From NCBI GenBank assembly GCA_018221205.1, contig JAAOYF010000045.1, positions 3,264 through 67,263 on the forward strand: a DNA stretch of 64,000 bases, given 5' to 3'. A model generated the notes under the pieces. The model saw nothing but the letters and a program-made list of their open reading frames with translations. It made no database searches and was not told the origin of the DNA. The position numbers and the translations under genes are program-made. Position 1 is the first letter of the stretch, and each line of letters opens with the position of its first letter. Positions 36,590 through 46,218 of this stretch are shown here, one piece after another. This DNA is from Candidatus Woesearchaeota archaeon. GTDB lineage: Archaea > Nanobdellota > Nanobdellia > Woesearchaeales > WJIZ01.

Positions 36590-39024
36590 AGCGACTATTG
36601 ATTTTAGGGCTCCTTCTTTTTGCGAGCTTTGCTGCTGCTGTCACGACCGAATCCTATGTCCTCGAGCCAGCGATGATCACTGGCGCCCTGGAACTGGATG
36701 ACCACTTCACCCAAAGCCTGTTTATCCAGAGCAGGGGACGTGAACTGAGCGGGACGTTATCTGTCTCAGGAAATGCCTCTTCTTTAGTGAGCTTCAACAG
36801 GCATGAATTCACTGTCCAAGCACTGCAGGAGACAATCCTCAATATCAATCTCTTCGGCATCGAAGAGACAAACTTCAACGAACAGGAACTCATCGCCTAT
36901 CCCAGATACTACAGCGGCATCATCCATGTCAAAGGTGATATCAACCAGGATATCCCTCTGGAGATTGTGGTCAACCAGCGAGGGAACAAGAATGCAGGCT
37001 CTTTGATCCTGCAACTCAAGCCTCTCCGCACCAATGTCATCGTCGGCAGAAATCTGAGATATGTCGTCGACCTGCAGAATGTCTTTGCGAGCAAGCAGTT
37101 CGACGTCAAGCTGAGACATCGCCTGGTGAGACTGAGGAACGACCTCAATAGGACGTCGGGACCTATCCGGTTCGATAAGGAAGAGATCAATGAGAGCGTC
37201 CTCCTCAGCGAGGACAATCTCACGCTGATCAAGAGCTTCTCCCTGCCAAAGGATTTTGCTATCGAGAAAAACTTCACGACTGGAGAGTATATCCTGCTCA
37301 TCCAGGCAGAATATTTAGGATTGCTGTCAGAGAGCGCTGCTCTCATCGAGTTCCAACTTCCGTTTCTCAAGAAGAGGGCTTTCGGCTTTTTCCCCTATTG
37401 GCTCATTCTCTTGCTCCTTACTCTAGGGGCAGTTGGTTTTGTCACCTATAAGATCATCAAGCATGAGATGTCAAAAAGAAAGAGATTCAATGCCAAGGTG
37501 GATTATAAGGAAGTGCCTAAAGAAGGGCCGAGAAGCCTGTTTGTGGGAATGATAGCAGAGACTAATAAGCGGGCTTATTTTGATATGGATATCTTGACTG
37601 TCCATAGTATTGTGGCTGGATCTACAGGTGGAGGAAAGAGTATCGCAGCGCAGGATATTGTCGAAGAAGCATTGATCAAGGGAACTGCAATCGTTGTGTT
37701 TGATCCGACTGCTCAATGGTCTGGCATGTTGCGGAAGTGCGTCGATAAGAAGATGTTGAGTTTCTATCCTAATATGGGCATGAAAGCAAAAGAGGCCCGA
37801 TCTTTCCCGGGAAACATCAGGGCAGTCAAGGATGGAAGAGAGGTCATCGACATCCATAAGTACTGGAAACCTGGAGAGATCCAAGTCTTCACCACCTCTA
37901 CTTTAGATCCAAAGGATTATGACATCTTTGTCGCTAATACAGTAAGAGAAATCTTTCACAGCAACCTCCAGGAATTCAGGGGTTTGAGACATATGCTCGT
38001 GTATGATGAGATCCATCGTATCTTGCCGAAATTCGGCGGCTCTGGACAAGGTTTTATCCAGATTGAACGTGGATGCCGAGAGTTCCGAAAGTGGGGAATC
38101 GGCATCTTGCTGATCTCTCAGGTGCTGCAGGACTTTGTCGGACAGATCAAGGCCAACATCAATACCAACGTACAGATGAAGACACGAGATGAGGGCGACT
38201 TGAACAGGATCAAGACCAACTATGGAGAGCAGTTCATCCAGGCATTGATCAAAGCTCCTGTAGGCAGCGGGATGGTCCAGAACTCTGCTTGGAACAGAGG
38301 AAGGCCGTATTACGTGACATTCCGTCCTATCCTGCATTCGGTGATCAGGCTGAGCGATGAAGAGCTTGAGAAATATAATCAATATAATGATGTTGTCGAC
38401 GATCTGGAATTCCAGTTTGAACAGCTGGAAAAAGAAGACCAGGATGTGTTCGACCTCAAACTTGAATTGAAACTGGCCAAAGATAAAGTCAAATCGGGCA
38501 ACTTCAACATGGTGCAAATCTATCTTGATGGCCTTACCCCTCGTGTCGAGAAGATCTGGAATAAGATAGGGAAGAAGCCCCAGAAAATGGAGAGAAAGCT
38601 CATTGATGTTGGGGCGATGGAAGCAGAGCTACAGCAGGCAAAAGAAGAGCATGAGCAAGCTGCAGACAAGGAGAAGCAAGAAAAGAAGAAAAAGGTGGAG
38701 ACGAGGAAGGAAGAGAAAAAAGAGGTCAAGCTGAGCAAAGAGCAGATCGCTGCCAATATTGAGAGCATAGGCCAGTTGGGCAAGCAGATAGAGGGATTGA
38801 TACTCCATAAAGACTGGATGACCATCAATGATCTCCTGATGGAGATCAAGAACATTCCTTTGCCTAAGGAGAGTGCTGCGAAGAAAGAGGCAACAGTCAA
38901 GAAACTCGAGGAGGCTATTGAGCTGGGGAAGAATCCGCCTAAGGAAGAGAAGAAGGAAGCGGTAAAACCACAGGAAGCGGTAAAACCAGCTGCCACAAAT
39001 GGAACTCCTAAGGCAAAGACCTGA
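36586..39024 (+). CDS. Membrane-anchored HerA/VirB4-like (DUF87-type) ATPase with N-terminal extracellular domain
   Basis: Signal peptide (..ASFAAA), beta-rich ectodomain, TM (WLILLLLTLGAVGFV), Walker A GSTGGGKS, VFDP, Walker B LVYDEIH, REFRKWG..ISQ. Confidence 0.85.
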   Translation: MKRLLILGLLLFASFAAAVTTESYVLEPAMITGALELDDHFTQSLFIQSRGRELSGTLSVSGNASSLVSFNRHEFTVQALQETILNINLFGIEETNFNEQELIAYPRYYSGIIHVKGDINQDIPLEIVVNQRGNKNAGSLILQLKPLRTNVIVGRNLRYVVDLQNVFASKQFDVKLRHRLVRLRNDLNRTSGPIRFDKEEINESVLLSEDNLTLIKSFSLPKDFAIEKNFTTGEYILLIQAEYLGLLSESAALIEFQLPFLKKRAFGFFPYWLILLLLTLGAVGFVTYKIIKHEMSKRKRFNAKVDYKEVPKEGPRSLFVGMIAETNKRAYFDMDILTVHSIVAGSTGGGKSIAAQDIVEEALIKGTAIVVFDPTAQWSGMLRKCVDKKMLSFYPNMGMKAKEARSFPGNIRAVKDGREVIDIHKYWKPGEIQVFTTSTLDPKDYDIFVANTVREIFHSNLQEFRGLRHMLVYDEIHRILPKFGGSGQGFIQIERGCREFRKWGIGILLISQVLQDFVGQIKANINTNVQMKTRDEGDLNRIKTNYGEQFIQALIKAPVGSGMVQNSAWNRGRPYYVTFRPILHSVIRLSDEELEKYNQYNDVVDDLEFQFEQLEKEDQDVFDLKLELKLAKDKVKSGNFNMVQIYLDGLTPRVEKIWNKIGKKPQKMERKLIDVGAMEAELQQAKEEHEQAADKEKQEKKKKVETRKEEKKEVKLSKEQIAANIESIGQLGKQIEGLILHKDWMTINDLLMEIKNIPLPKESAAKKEATVKKLEEAIELGKNPPKEEKKEAVKPQEAVKPAATNGTPKAKT
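38954..38988 (+). repeat. In-frame 17-bp direct repeat (period 18)
   Basis: AGGAAGCGGTAAAACCA twice, encoding EAVKP x2. Confidence 0.8.
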
Positions 39025-39073
39025 TTCTGGAGTCATAACACATCTTTATATATGATGACGCTATTATAGGACT

Positions 39074-39364
39074 ATGGTTGATGAGAAGATAAAGTTGAGA
39101 CGGCCTAATCTGTTTGAGAATATGCTGCTCGTCATGAGCATCCTGGCAACAGGCATCGGCTATTTCTTTGTCCATCAGATGGTGTTGCAATATAGCTTAA
39201 TCAGTTTTGAGAGTACGATGGCAGTGCTGCTCTGGCTGCTGCTCATCATCTTCATCATCAATGTCTCGGTAAATGAGAACTCGAAAGAGGAACTGAAGAT
39301 CCTCATCAAGCAGCAGCATGAAGAGATGAGAATATTAAGGCATGATCTGAGAAGAAAACGTTAA
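39074..39364 (+). CDS. Small 2-TM membrane protein with coiled-coil tail
   Basis: Two hydrophobic segments; TATA TTTATATA about 25 bp upstream. Confidence 0.75.
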   Translation: MVDEKIKLRRPNLFENMLLVMSILATGIGYFFVHQMVLQYSLISFESTMAVLLWLLLIIFIINVSVNENSKEELKILIKQQHEEMRILRHDLRRKR

Positions 39365-39633
39365 CGCCTTGCGAGGCTCCTTCTTTTATTGAAAAGATTC
39401 AGGATATTATCTGAGAACAATAATCCAAGGAAGAAGAGATAGCCGAGGGTGAAGAACACAAGGCCGACAAACAAAGGCTTGTTCTCTATAGGGGAGAATT
39501 TCTCATTTGGGGCGATTTCAATCTGCCAAGAGGATCTTAATGCGACCAAGAAGGTGGTGCTTAAAATAAGCGGCATGGTTAGGAATGAAAAAATCATGAT
39601 CTTCTTACCCTGTGACCAGTTTTCGATATTCAT
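39361..39633 (-). CDS. Small 2-TM membrane protein
   Basis: Two hydrophobic segments; coupled to the pilin gene. Confidence 0.65.
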   Translation of the reverse strand: MNIENWSQGKKIMIFSFLTMPLILSTTFLVALRSSWQIEIAPNEKFSPIENKPLFVGLVFFTLGYLFFLGLLFSDNILNLFNKRRSLARR

Positions 39634-40055
39634 TGGCAGTTCCTCAGCCTTTCTAATTCAACTCTCTTGCTGATGCAATCCTCCTCTCCACTAGAAGGTA
39701 TCACCCTTATTTTTAAAATTTGTGTCACTTCCAATCCTGAAAGGGGAAACGAGACCTTCTTGAAACTCCCGGGAGCGATGCCTTCTGTCATCTCCTCTGT
39801 GAGGACCGCGTCCTGGGTGAGAAGCACAATCTTCAGCCTGTCGATGTGTGTTGGGCCGTTGTTCTCGACAACAGCCTCAATCGATGAGGGTGTGAGGCAG
39901 ATCTCTTTTCTCTCTTCAAGCGTCACGATGCCGAGTTCGACCTCTTTGCAGGAAAAGTCCTTCACTGCACCCCATGACATCACCAAAGTACCAAGTCCGA
40001 TGGCAAATCCTAACAGAAGAATGGTGCTCACTAAGGGTGTTATGCCTTTTTTCAT
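39630..40055 (-). CDS. Archaeal type IV pilin
   Basis: MKKG/ITPLVSTILLLGFAIGLGTLV class III signal peptide. Confidence 0.85.
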   Translation of the reverse strand: MKKGITPLVSTILLLGFAIGLGTLVMSWGAVKDFSCKEVELGIVTLEERKEICLTPSSIEAVVENNGPTHIDRLKIVLLTQDAVLTEEMTEGIAPGSFKKVSFPLSGLEVTQILKIRVIPSSGEEDCISKRVELERLRNCQ

Positions 40056-40318
40056 TTCAGCCATTTATCGATCTTTTTTTCTTCCCTATGGGTTATGCGA
40101 ACGTACGGAACAGCTCCTGCAAGAAGGATTATGATGCCCAATAGGATCAGGGTATTGAGCATGAAAGGATCGATATAGTCAAAGAAGAAACCTAAAACTG
40201 CAATGAGCATGAATATGATATACAAAGCGAGGCTTTTGTCGAGAATTAATTTTGCTTTTTCTCTGGCTATGCGTGATTTTTCGAGTTCTAGATGGATCTT
40301 CATATCCTTAGATACCAT
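40052..40318 (-). CDS. Small 2-TM membrane protein
   Basis: Two hydrophobic segments flanked by charged ends. Confidence 0.7.
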   Translation of the reverse strand: MVSKDMKIHLELEKSRIAREKAKLILDKSLALYIIFMLIAVLGFFFDYIDPFMLNTLILLGIIILLAGAVPYVRITHREEKKIDKWLK

Positions 40319-40393
40319 AGCAAAACTTTTGCTTGTAGATTATATAAATGTTTGCCCGATAGATTTATATAAATTCATTCAAGCAAAAAAGGT

Positions 40394-41140
40394 ATGGCTG
40401 AGATGACTCCAGAGCAGCAAGCTGAACTCAGGAAAAAGCTCGAAAGCATGAGTCCTGAGGAATTAAAGGAATTCCAGAAGAAGCAATGCATCTTCTGCCA
40501 TATGGTTTCTGGAAAGGTTGCTGTGAAGAAGATCTATGAAGATGATAAAGTTCTTGGAGTGTTAGACATCAATCCTGCCAATCCGGGACATGTCCTCCTT
40601 CTTCCCAAAGAACACCACATGATCATGCCTCAGCTTCCTGAGGATGAGCTGCAGCATATCTTCAAAATATCTAAACAGCTGAGCAACACTGTCCTTCGTG
40701 CATTAGATGTCAGGGGGACAAATATCATCGTTGCCAACGGGCCGGCTGCAGGGCAGAGAGCGCAGCATTTCATGGTGCATATCATCCCGAGAAAAGAGAA
40801 GGATGGATTGGAGTTTTCGTTGCCCTCTCATCAATATGCTGAGGAGCAGCTTGAGCAGACAGCTCAAGTCGTGAAGCAAAAACTCAATGCGCTGCTAGGA
40901 ATTGATGAAAAACCAGTGCCCAAATTAGTTGATGATGAATTCAAGCCAAAAGAAGAACCCGATGAGGAATCTGATGAAGATGCTGATGATGAAGATGCTG
41001 ACGACTCGGAAGATGATGATTCTGATGAAGAAAAAACAGATGATGAAACTGATGAAGATGACTCGGATGAAGGAGATGATTCTGATGAGAAGGATAGTGG
41101 ATTAGACCTTGATGCGATTGGGAGGCTGGTCAATGGCTGA
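40394..41140 (+). CDS. HIT-family protein (degenerate triad) with acidic tail
   Basis: CIFC, LDINPANPGHVLLLPKEH, NGPAAGQ, HFMVH. Confidence 0.88.
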   Translation: MAEMTPEQQAELRKKLESMSPEELKEFQKKQCIFCHMVSGKVAVKKIYEDDKVLGVLDINPANPGHVLLLPKEHHMIMPQLPEDELQHIFKISKQLSNTVLRALDVRGTNIIVANGPAAGQRAQHFMVHIIPRKEKDGLEFSLPSHQYAEEQLEQTAQVVKQKLNALLGIDEKPVPKLVDDEFKPKEEPDEESDEDADDEDADDSEDDDSDEEKTDDETDEDDSDEGDDSDEKDSGLDLDAIGRLVNG

Positions 41141-41660
41141 TTGCGTCATTTGCAAGATCATCAAGGGAGAAGTTCCTGCCAAAAAGATCTATGAAGATGA
41201 TGATATCCTCGCTTTCTTAGATGTGAATGGTGCGGCAGAAGGGCATACGTTTGTTGTGCCCAAGCATCATTATCCAATCTTCGAACAAGTGCCTGATCCT
41301 TTAGTAGGGAGATTGTTCTCTGTCTCAAATAAGATATCTACTGCGCTTTTTGAGACCCTCAATGTGCAAGGAACAAATCTTTTTGTGACGAACGGAGTGA
41401 GCGCAGGACAGAGTGTAGCGCATTTTGTCATCAATATCATTCCGCGAAAAGAAGGAGACGGCATCAACCTGCAATGGCAGACCAGGCAGCTCTCTGAAGA
41501 GGAGATGTCCACTGTAGAACTTAAACTGAAAGATGGGGCAGCACATGTGGGCGTGACTGAGAGTGAGGATGTCATTGAGAAGCCCATAGAAAAACGTAAG
41601 GTCGTTTCTGGTAGGGAAGAAGACTATCTCTGGCGGAGCGTCAACAAAAAGATAGGTTAG
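41133..41660 (+). CDS. HIT-family protein (degenerate triad)
   Basis: CVIC, GHTFVVPKHH, NGVSAGQ, HFVIN. Confidence 0.88.
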   Translation: MADCVICKIIKGEVPAKKIYEDDDILAFLDVNGAAEGHTFVVPKHHYPIFEQVPDPLVGRLFSVSNKISTALFETLNVQGTNLFVTNGVSAGQSVAHFVINIIPRKEGDGINLQWQTRQLSEEEMSTVELKLKDGAAHVGVTESEDVIEKPIEKRKVVSGREEDYLWRSVNKKIG

Positions 41661-42511
41661 AATAGCAGATATAATATATTTCCAAAGAATAATGTCAGGA
41701 TCCAGCCGAACAGAAAGCTCGGCACAAAGGGAATGCCTTCTTTCACTAAGATTCTCTTGATCTTCTTTTGTTTATAGAGCCTTTTCAAGATGGCTATCTG
41801 CTTCTTCGTCACTCCTAGATCCTTCGGACCGGTGACGTGTTTTCCTGCATGCTTGATCTCTTTTGCTATCCAGTCTCCTTCTGTCAACAATGAAGGCTCG
41901 ACAAGCTTATACATCGATGATTTCTCCACTGCCTTTATCAATATCCAGAGATAAAAGGTGAAGAAGACCGCTACTGCAAAGGTGAGGAGCATCATCCTGA
42001 TACCGAAGTGCGGAAAGAAAAACCCGCCCAAAAGAAACACTATAGTGAAGGCCAGCATGACTCTTCTTTGTCTTCTCGCCTTCTGGATCACTTTTAGATA
42101 TTCTTTCGTGAACTTTTTTCTATTCTTGAACGCAAGGACAATGCTCCATATCAATCCATAGACTGCACCCGCTATCAAGGTGTTTATGAGGAATCCTACT
42201 AAAAAGAGAGAGTCAATATTGAAGCCGTATAATGCTCCCAGACCCATAAGCAGCTTGGCGTCTCCGCCTCCCCATTGGCCAGTATAGAACATCGCCAATG
42301 CAAGGACAATGAATATGGCCAGCCCGAAGAGACTATTCATTATATACATCGGATCATGATGCACCAAAGAGAAGGTGAGGTTTGCAGCAAGGGCGAATGC
42401 GATAAGGCCATAATTTGCCCAGTCTGCTATCTCGCGAGTCTTCAGATCTGAGATGGAACCGGTAAGCAGATAGATTCCTGAGATGACATGCTTTATGAGT
42501 AATTCAATCAT
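41657..42511 (-). CDS. Prepilin/preflagellin peptidase (A24)
   Basis: SDLKTREI, GGGDAKL, IPFVP. Confidence 0.92.
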   Translation of the reverse strand: MIELLIKHVISGIYLLTGSISDLKTREIADWANYGLIAFALAANLTFSLVHHDPMYIMNSLFGLAIFIVLALAMFYTGQWGGGDAKLLMGLGALYGFNIDSLFLVGFLINTLIAGAVYGLIWSIVLAFKNRKKFTKEYLKVIQKARRQRRVMLAFTIVFLLGGFFFPHFGIRMMLLTFAVAVFFTFYLWILIKAVEKSSMYKLVEPSLLTEGDWIAKEIKHAGKHVTGPKDLGVTKKQIAILKRLYKQKKIKRILVKEGIPFVPSFLFGWILTLFFGNILYLLF

Positions 42512-42585
42512 GATTATATTTCAAAGAACTGAGTTTATAAAGATATCTAGAAAATTATTTATATCAGCGTCACCAAATAGGGAAT

Positions 42586-42741
42586 ATGAAATGGGAATGT
42601 TCAAATTGTCAGTATGTGTTGAATAAGGAAGAATTTCCAGACAGATGCCCTTACTGTGGAGAAAAAGGTACGATGGGTAAAGTGAAATCAGCCCAGGATA
42701 TCATTGATGGCAGCAAAGTAGAAAGATTGCCTAAGGATTAA
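42586..42741 (+). CDS. Rubredoxin-like Zn/Fe ribbon protein (not in ORF track)
   Basis: [18 protein letters not shown]; TATA TTTATAT upstream. Confidence 0.75.
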   Translation: MKWECSNCQYVLNKEEFPDRCPYCGEKGTMGKVKSAQDIIDGSKVERLPKD

Positions 42742-43145
42742 TGGCTTAATTTATTATCGATATTTCTTGCAGCTTCTATCAAATCAAGCAAAGTCCTCTG
42801 GATGTCTTTCTCGAGTTCTTCAATAAGATCTGAGAGGCTGTCTACACGCAGCAGATAAGAACTTCCCTGGTGCACTACCAGGCCCGATTCTATGAGGTGA
42901 TGCATATGGTGGATCACTGTGCCCCTGCTTAAATAAAGATGTTCAGCAAGCTCATCCGAACTCAATGGTTTATTTTTCTTTGTGGATTTAAGCAATTCAA
43001 TGAATATTCTGAAACATGACTTATTCTTATCTCGTAGGTTGAATAATCCGAGAGAACTGCCTAACCACTGCAATTGCTGATTCAGGCTTTTCTCAGCTGG
43101 CTTCCTGATGTTCATGATGGTTATGCGCTGATGGATAATTCTCAT
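42738..43145 (-). CDS. HTH transcriptional regulator (ArsR/TrmB-like)
   Basis: [31 protein letters not shown]. Confidence 0.85.
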   Translation of the reverse strand: MRIIHQRITIMNIRKPAEKSLNQQLQWLGSSLGLFNLRDKNKSCFRIFIELLKSTKKNKPLSSDELAEHLYLSRGTVIHHMHHLIESGLVVHQGSSYLLRVDSLSDLIEELEKDIQRTLLDLIEAARNIDNKLSH

Positions 43146-43283
43146 AATCGACGTATGGGGAAGGTAGTATAAAAAGGTTTGCCGGAAGGTTTAAATATAA
43201 CTTGTTTACTACATATCTATCTGGTTGATTTAAGGTCAACTCAGAAACAAATGTTTAAATAGTGATTTGGGATCCATGCTAAG

Positions 43284-43745
43284 ATGAAAGACGAAAAGAA
43301 AGTGAAGAAAAATCTGAAAGATGGGAAGATAGCAGAGCTGACCGATACTTTACAGCGGCTGCAGGCAGAATTTGAGAACTATAAGAAACGGGTTGAGAAA
43401 GACAATCTTGAGTTCAGGAAATATGCTGATGCAAAGATCATTGAGAAGATACTTCCTATTGTCGATAGTTTTGAGCTGGCATTGAAAAACAATGACAACG
43501 CTGAAGAATTCAAAAAAGGTGTCAAGATGATCTACGGCCAGCTTTTTGATACACTAGAGAAGGAAGGAGTAAGGCCTATAAAAGCAGAGGGAGAGAAGTT
43601 CGATCCGTACAAGCATGAAGTGCTGCTCAATGAGAAGACAGAGAAGGAAGAAGAGGATGGGCAGATTGTTGAGGAACTGCAGAAAGGATACATGCTCAAA
43701 GATAAAGTATTGCGCTATGCAAAAGTGAAGGTGAAGAAAAAATGA
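43284..43745 (+). CDS. grpE: Nucleotide exchange factor GrpE
   Basis: RLQAEFENYKKR, FDPYKHE, QKGYMLKDKVLR. Confidence 0.96.
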   Translation: MKDEKKVKKNLKDGKIAELTDTLQRLQAEFENYKKRVEKDNLEFRKYADAKIIEKILPIVDSFELALKNNDNAEEFKKGVKMIYGQLFDTLEKEGVRPIKAEGEKFDPYKHEVLLNEKTEKEEEDGQIVEELQKGYMLKDKVLRYAKVKVKKK

Positions 43746-43906
43746 TCCATTATGAACCTAAGCCAAAGCCTCAACAGGAAGACTATTTCTTGCTGCATGT
43801 CGATACTGTGCTGGATAATGCTCAACGAATAATTGATCGTACCTCTAAAACCATTGAACGAGAAGAACAGCATTTGCGCACTATGAAAGAAAAATACAAA
43901 AGGTGA
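43742..43906 (+). CDS. Small hypothetical protein (54 aa, not in ORF track)
   Basis: ATGA overlap with grpE; fills the gap to the next gene. Confidence 0.5.
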   Translation: MIHYEPKPKPQQEDYFLLHVDTVLDNAQRIIDRTSKTIEREEQHLRTMKEKYKR

Positions 43907-43910
43907 TACT

Positions 43911-44252
43911 ATGGAAAAAAAGATCAACTTAAGCATCAATGAAGGGACAGCATTCTTTGCTCATGAAGCAAGCATCAATTTCGGACCTACTCAAGTCATC
44001 ATGGATTTTCGATGCATCACACCTCGCGTCGATCCTCGGAGCAATGAGGCTCCTACGCTGAATATGGCCCATAATGTCATCATGGTGGAGCCATATCATG
44101 CGAAGAGACTCTTTGAGCTCTTGGGGACAACTATCGAGAAGTATGAGAAAGAATTCGGGAAGATCGAAAAGAGCAAGGCAATGAAATCTGCTGAGAAGAA
44201 ACGAAAAGAGATGAAGAAAGATCCTCAAGTTTCGCCCAGTTATTTTGGTTAA
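43911..44252 (+). CDS. DUF3467-like protein
   Basis: FFAHEASINF..MDF..VIMVEPYHAKRLFELL..YEKEFGKI. Confidence 0.78.
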   Translation: MEKKINLSINEGTAFFAHEASINFGPTQVIMDFRCITPRVDPRSNEAPTLNMAHNVIMVEPYHAKRLFELLGTTIEKYEKEFGKIEKSKAMKSAEKKRKEMKKDPQVSPSYFG

Positions 44253-44271
44253 AAGTTGCTTCGCAACTTTT
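44251..44271. repeat. Perfect inverted repeat upstream of dnaK
   Basis: AAAAGTTGC-TTC-GCAACTTTT. Confidence 0.8.
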
Positions 44272-44352
44272 CAAACCTCCCCACTAGTGCATAAAAGGTG
44301 CGTTTCCCGCCCCTAACAATGAAATCATAATCAAACACAAAGGTGATCAAAC

Positions 44353-46218
44353 ATGGCAAAAGAAAAAATAATCGGAATTGATTTAGGAACAAGCAACAGT
44401 GCGGCTTCTGTTTTGCAGGCCGGTAAGCCTATCATCATACCGTCTGCAGAGGGCGCTACACAATATGGGAAAGCTTTCCCCAGCGTGGTCGCGTTCACGA
44501 AGGACGGTCAGATGCTGGTCGGAGAGCCTGCGCGAAGGCAAGCGACCTCCAACCCAGACCGGACAATCGCTGCTGCCAAGAGGAAGATCGGTACTGACTT
44601 CAAATACAACATCAATAACAAAGAATACACTCCGCAGCAGATCTCTGCATTCATCTTACAGAAGATCAAGAAAGATGCCGAGGATTTTCTCGGAGAGAAG
44701 GTAACCAGAGCAGTCATCACTGTACCTGCTTATTTTGACGACAACCAGAGGCAGGCAACGAAAGATGCTGGAACGATCGCGGGCCTTGATGTTGTCAGGA
44801 TAATCAACGAGCCTACGGCTGCTTCATTGACCTATGGACTGGATAAGTCTGGGAAAGACCTTAAGATCCTTGTCTTTGATCTTGGCGGCGGAACATTTGA
44901 TGTCACGGTCATGGAATTTGGCGAGGGAGTCTTTGAGGTAAAATCAACATCAGGAGACACCCAATTGGGTGGAACAGATATGGATGAATCTCTAGTGGAA
45001 TTCATCGCTAAAGAATTCAAATCCAAAGAAGGCATCGATCTGACAAAAGACTCAACAGCGATGCAGCGATTGAGGGAAGCGGCTGAAAAAGCAAAGATTG
45101 AATTGAGCACGACTGTCGAGACCGATATCAACCTGCCATTCATCACTGCCGGTCAGGAAGGCCCTAAGCATCTGCAGATGAAATTGACACGGGCAAAGCT
45201 CGAAGAATTGGTCGAACCCATCATCAAAAGAGTGCACAAGCCAATGGATCAGGCCATCAAGGATGCAGGCCTGAGCAATACTGACATCGGCAAAGTCATC
45301 TTAGTGGGCGGCCCTACCAGGATGCCTATCGTACAGAAGGCTATTGAGGATTTTACAGGAAAGAAAGCTGAACGAGGAGTGGATCCGATGGAATGTGTCG
45401 CCATGGGAGCGGCAATCCAAGGAGGAGTATTGGCTGGAGAGGTCAAAGATGTCCTGCTTCTGGATGTTACCCCTCTTACCCTTGGCATCGAGACTTTAGG
45501 AGGAGTGATGACAAAGCTTATCGAAAGGAACAGCACTATTCCGACAAAGAAGAGCCAGATATTCTCAACAGCATCAGACAATCAGCCTGCTGTTACCATC
45601 AACGTACTGCAAGGCGAGAGACCGATGGCTGCAGACAACAAGGCATTGGGAAGATTCGATCTAGTAGGCGTACCTCCTGCACCTCGGGGAGTGCCTCAGA
45701 TCGAGGTTACTTTCGACATCGATGCGAACGGCATCGTGCATGTGCATGCAAAAGACCTGGGAACAGGCAAAGAACAGAGCATCAAGATAACAGCAACGCA
45801 GAAATTAAATGATGAAGACATCGAGAAGATGAAAAAAGATGCAGAAGCGCATGCTGAAGAAGACAAGCAACGGCTGGAAAGAGTGACCGTGCTGAATGAG
45901 GCAGAGTCTTTGGTCTTTCAGTATGAAAAGACTATTAAAGACCTTGGAGATAAAGTCAGCAAGAAAGACATCGAGCCTATCAAGAAAGACATCGACGGCT
46001 TGAAAGAGCTGCTTAAAGACAAAGAGAAGAACTTTGAGGCGATCAAGAAAGCCAAAGATGCCTTGGTGCAGAAATTCCAGAAAGTCTCTGAGGAACTGTA
46101 CAAGAAAGTTGCTGAAGAGCAGGCAAAGAAGCAGGCAGAACAACCGAAAACTGAGAAGAAAAAAGATGATAAGGTTGTTGATGCTGACTTCAAAGTCGAG
46201 GACGAGAAGAAGAAATGA
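44353..46218 (+). CDS. dnaK: Chaperone DnaK
   Basis: [37 protein letters not shown]. Confidence 0.98.
   Translation: MAKEKIIGIDLGTSNSAASVLQAGKPIIIPSAEGATQYGKAFPSVVAFTKDGQMLVGEPARRQATSNPDRTIAAAKRKIGTDFKYNINNKEYTPQQISAFILQKIKKDAEDFLGEKVTRAVITVPAYFDDNQRQATKDAGTIAGLDVVRIINEPTAASLTYGLDKSGKDLKILVFDLGGGTFDVTVMEFGEGVFEVKSTSGDTQLGGTDMDESLVEFIAKEFKSKEGIDLTKDSTAMQRLREAAEKAKIELSTTVETDINLPFITAGQEGPKHLQMKLTRAKLEELVEPIIKRVHKPMDQAIKDAGLSNTDIGKVILVGGPTRMPIVQKAIEDFTGKKAERGVDPMECVAMGAAIQGGVLAGEVKDVLLLDVTPLTLGIETLGGVMTKLIERNSTIPTKKSQIFSTASDNQPAVTINVLQGERPMAADNKALGRFDLVGVPPAPRGVPQIEVTFDIDANGIVHVHAKDLGTGKEQSIKITATQKLNDEDIEKMKKDAEAHAEEDKQRLERVTVLNEAESLVFQYEKTIKDLGDKVSKKDIEPIKKDIDGLKELLKDKEKNFEAIKKAKDALVQKFQKVSEELYKKVAEEQAKKQAEQPKTEKKKDDKVVDADFKVEDEKKK

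Noticed and set aside
40960-41100. Repetitive GAT/GAA tract
   Set aside because: Encodes the acidic tail of the HIT protein; not a CRISPR or DNA repeat element.
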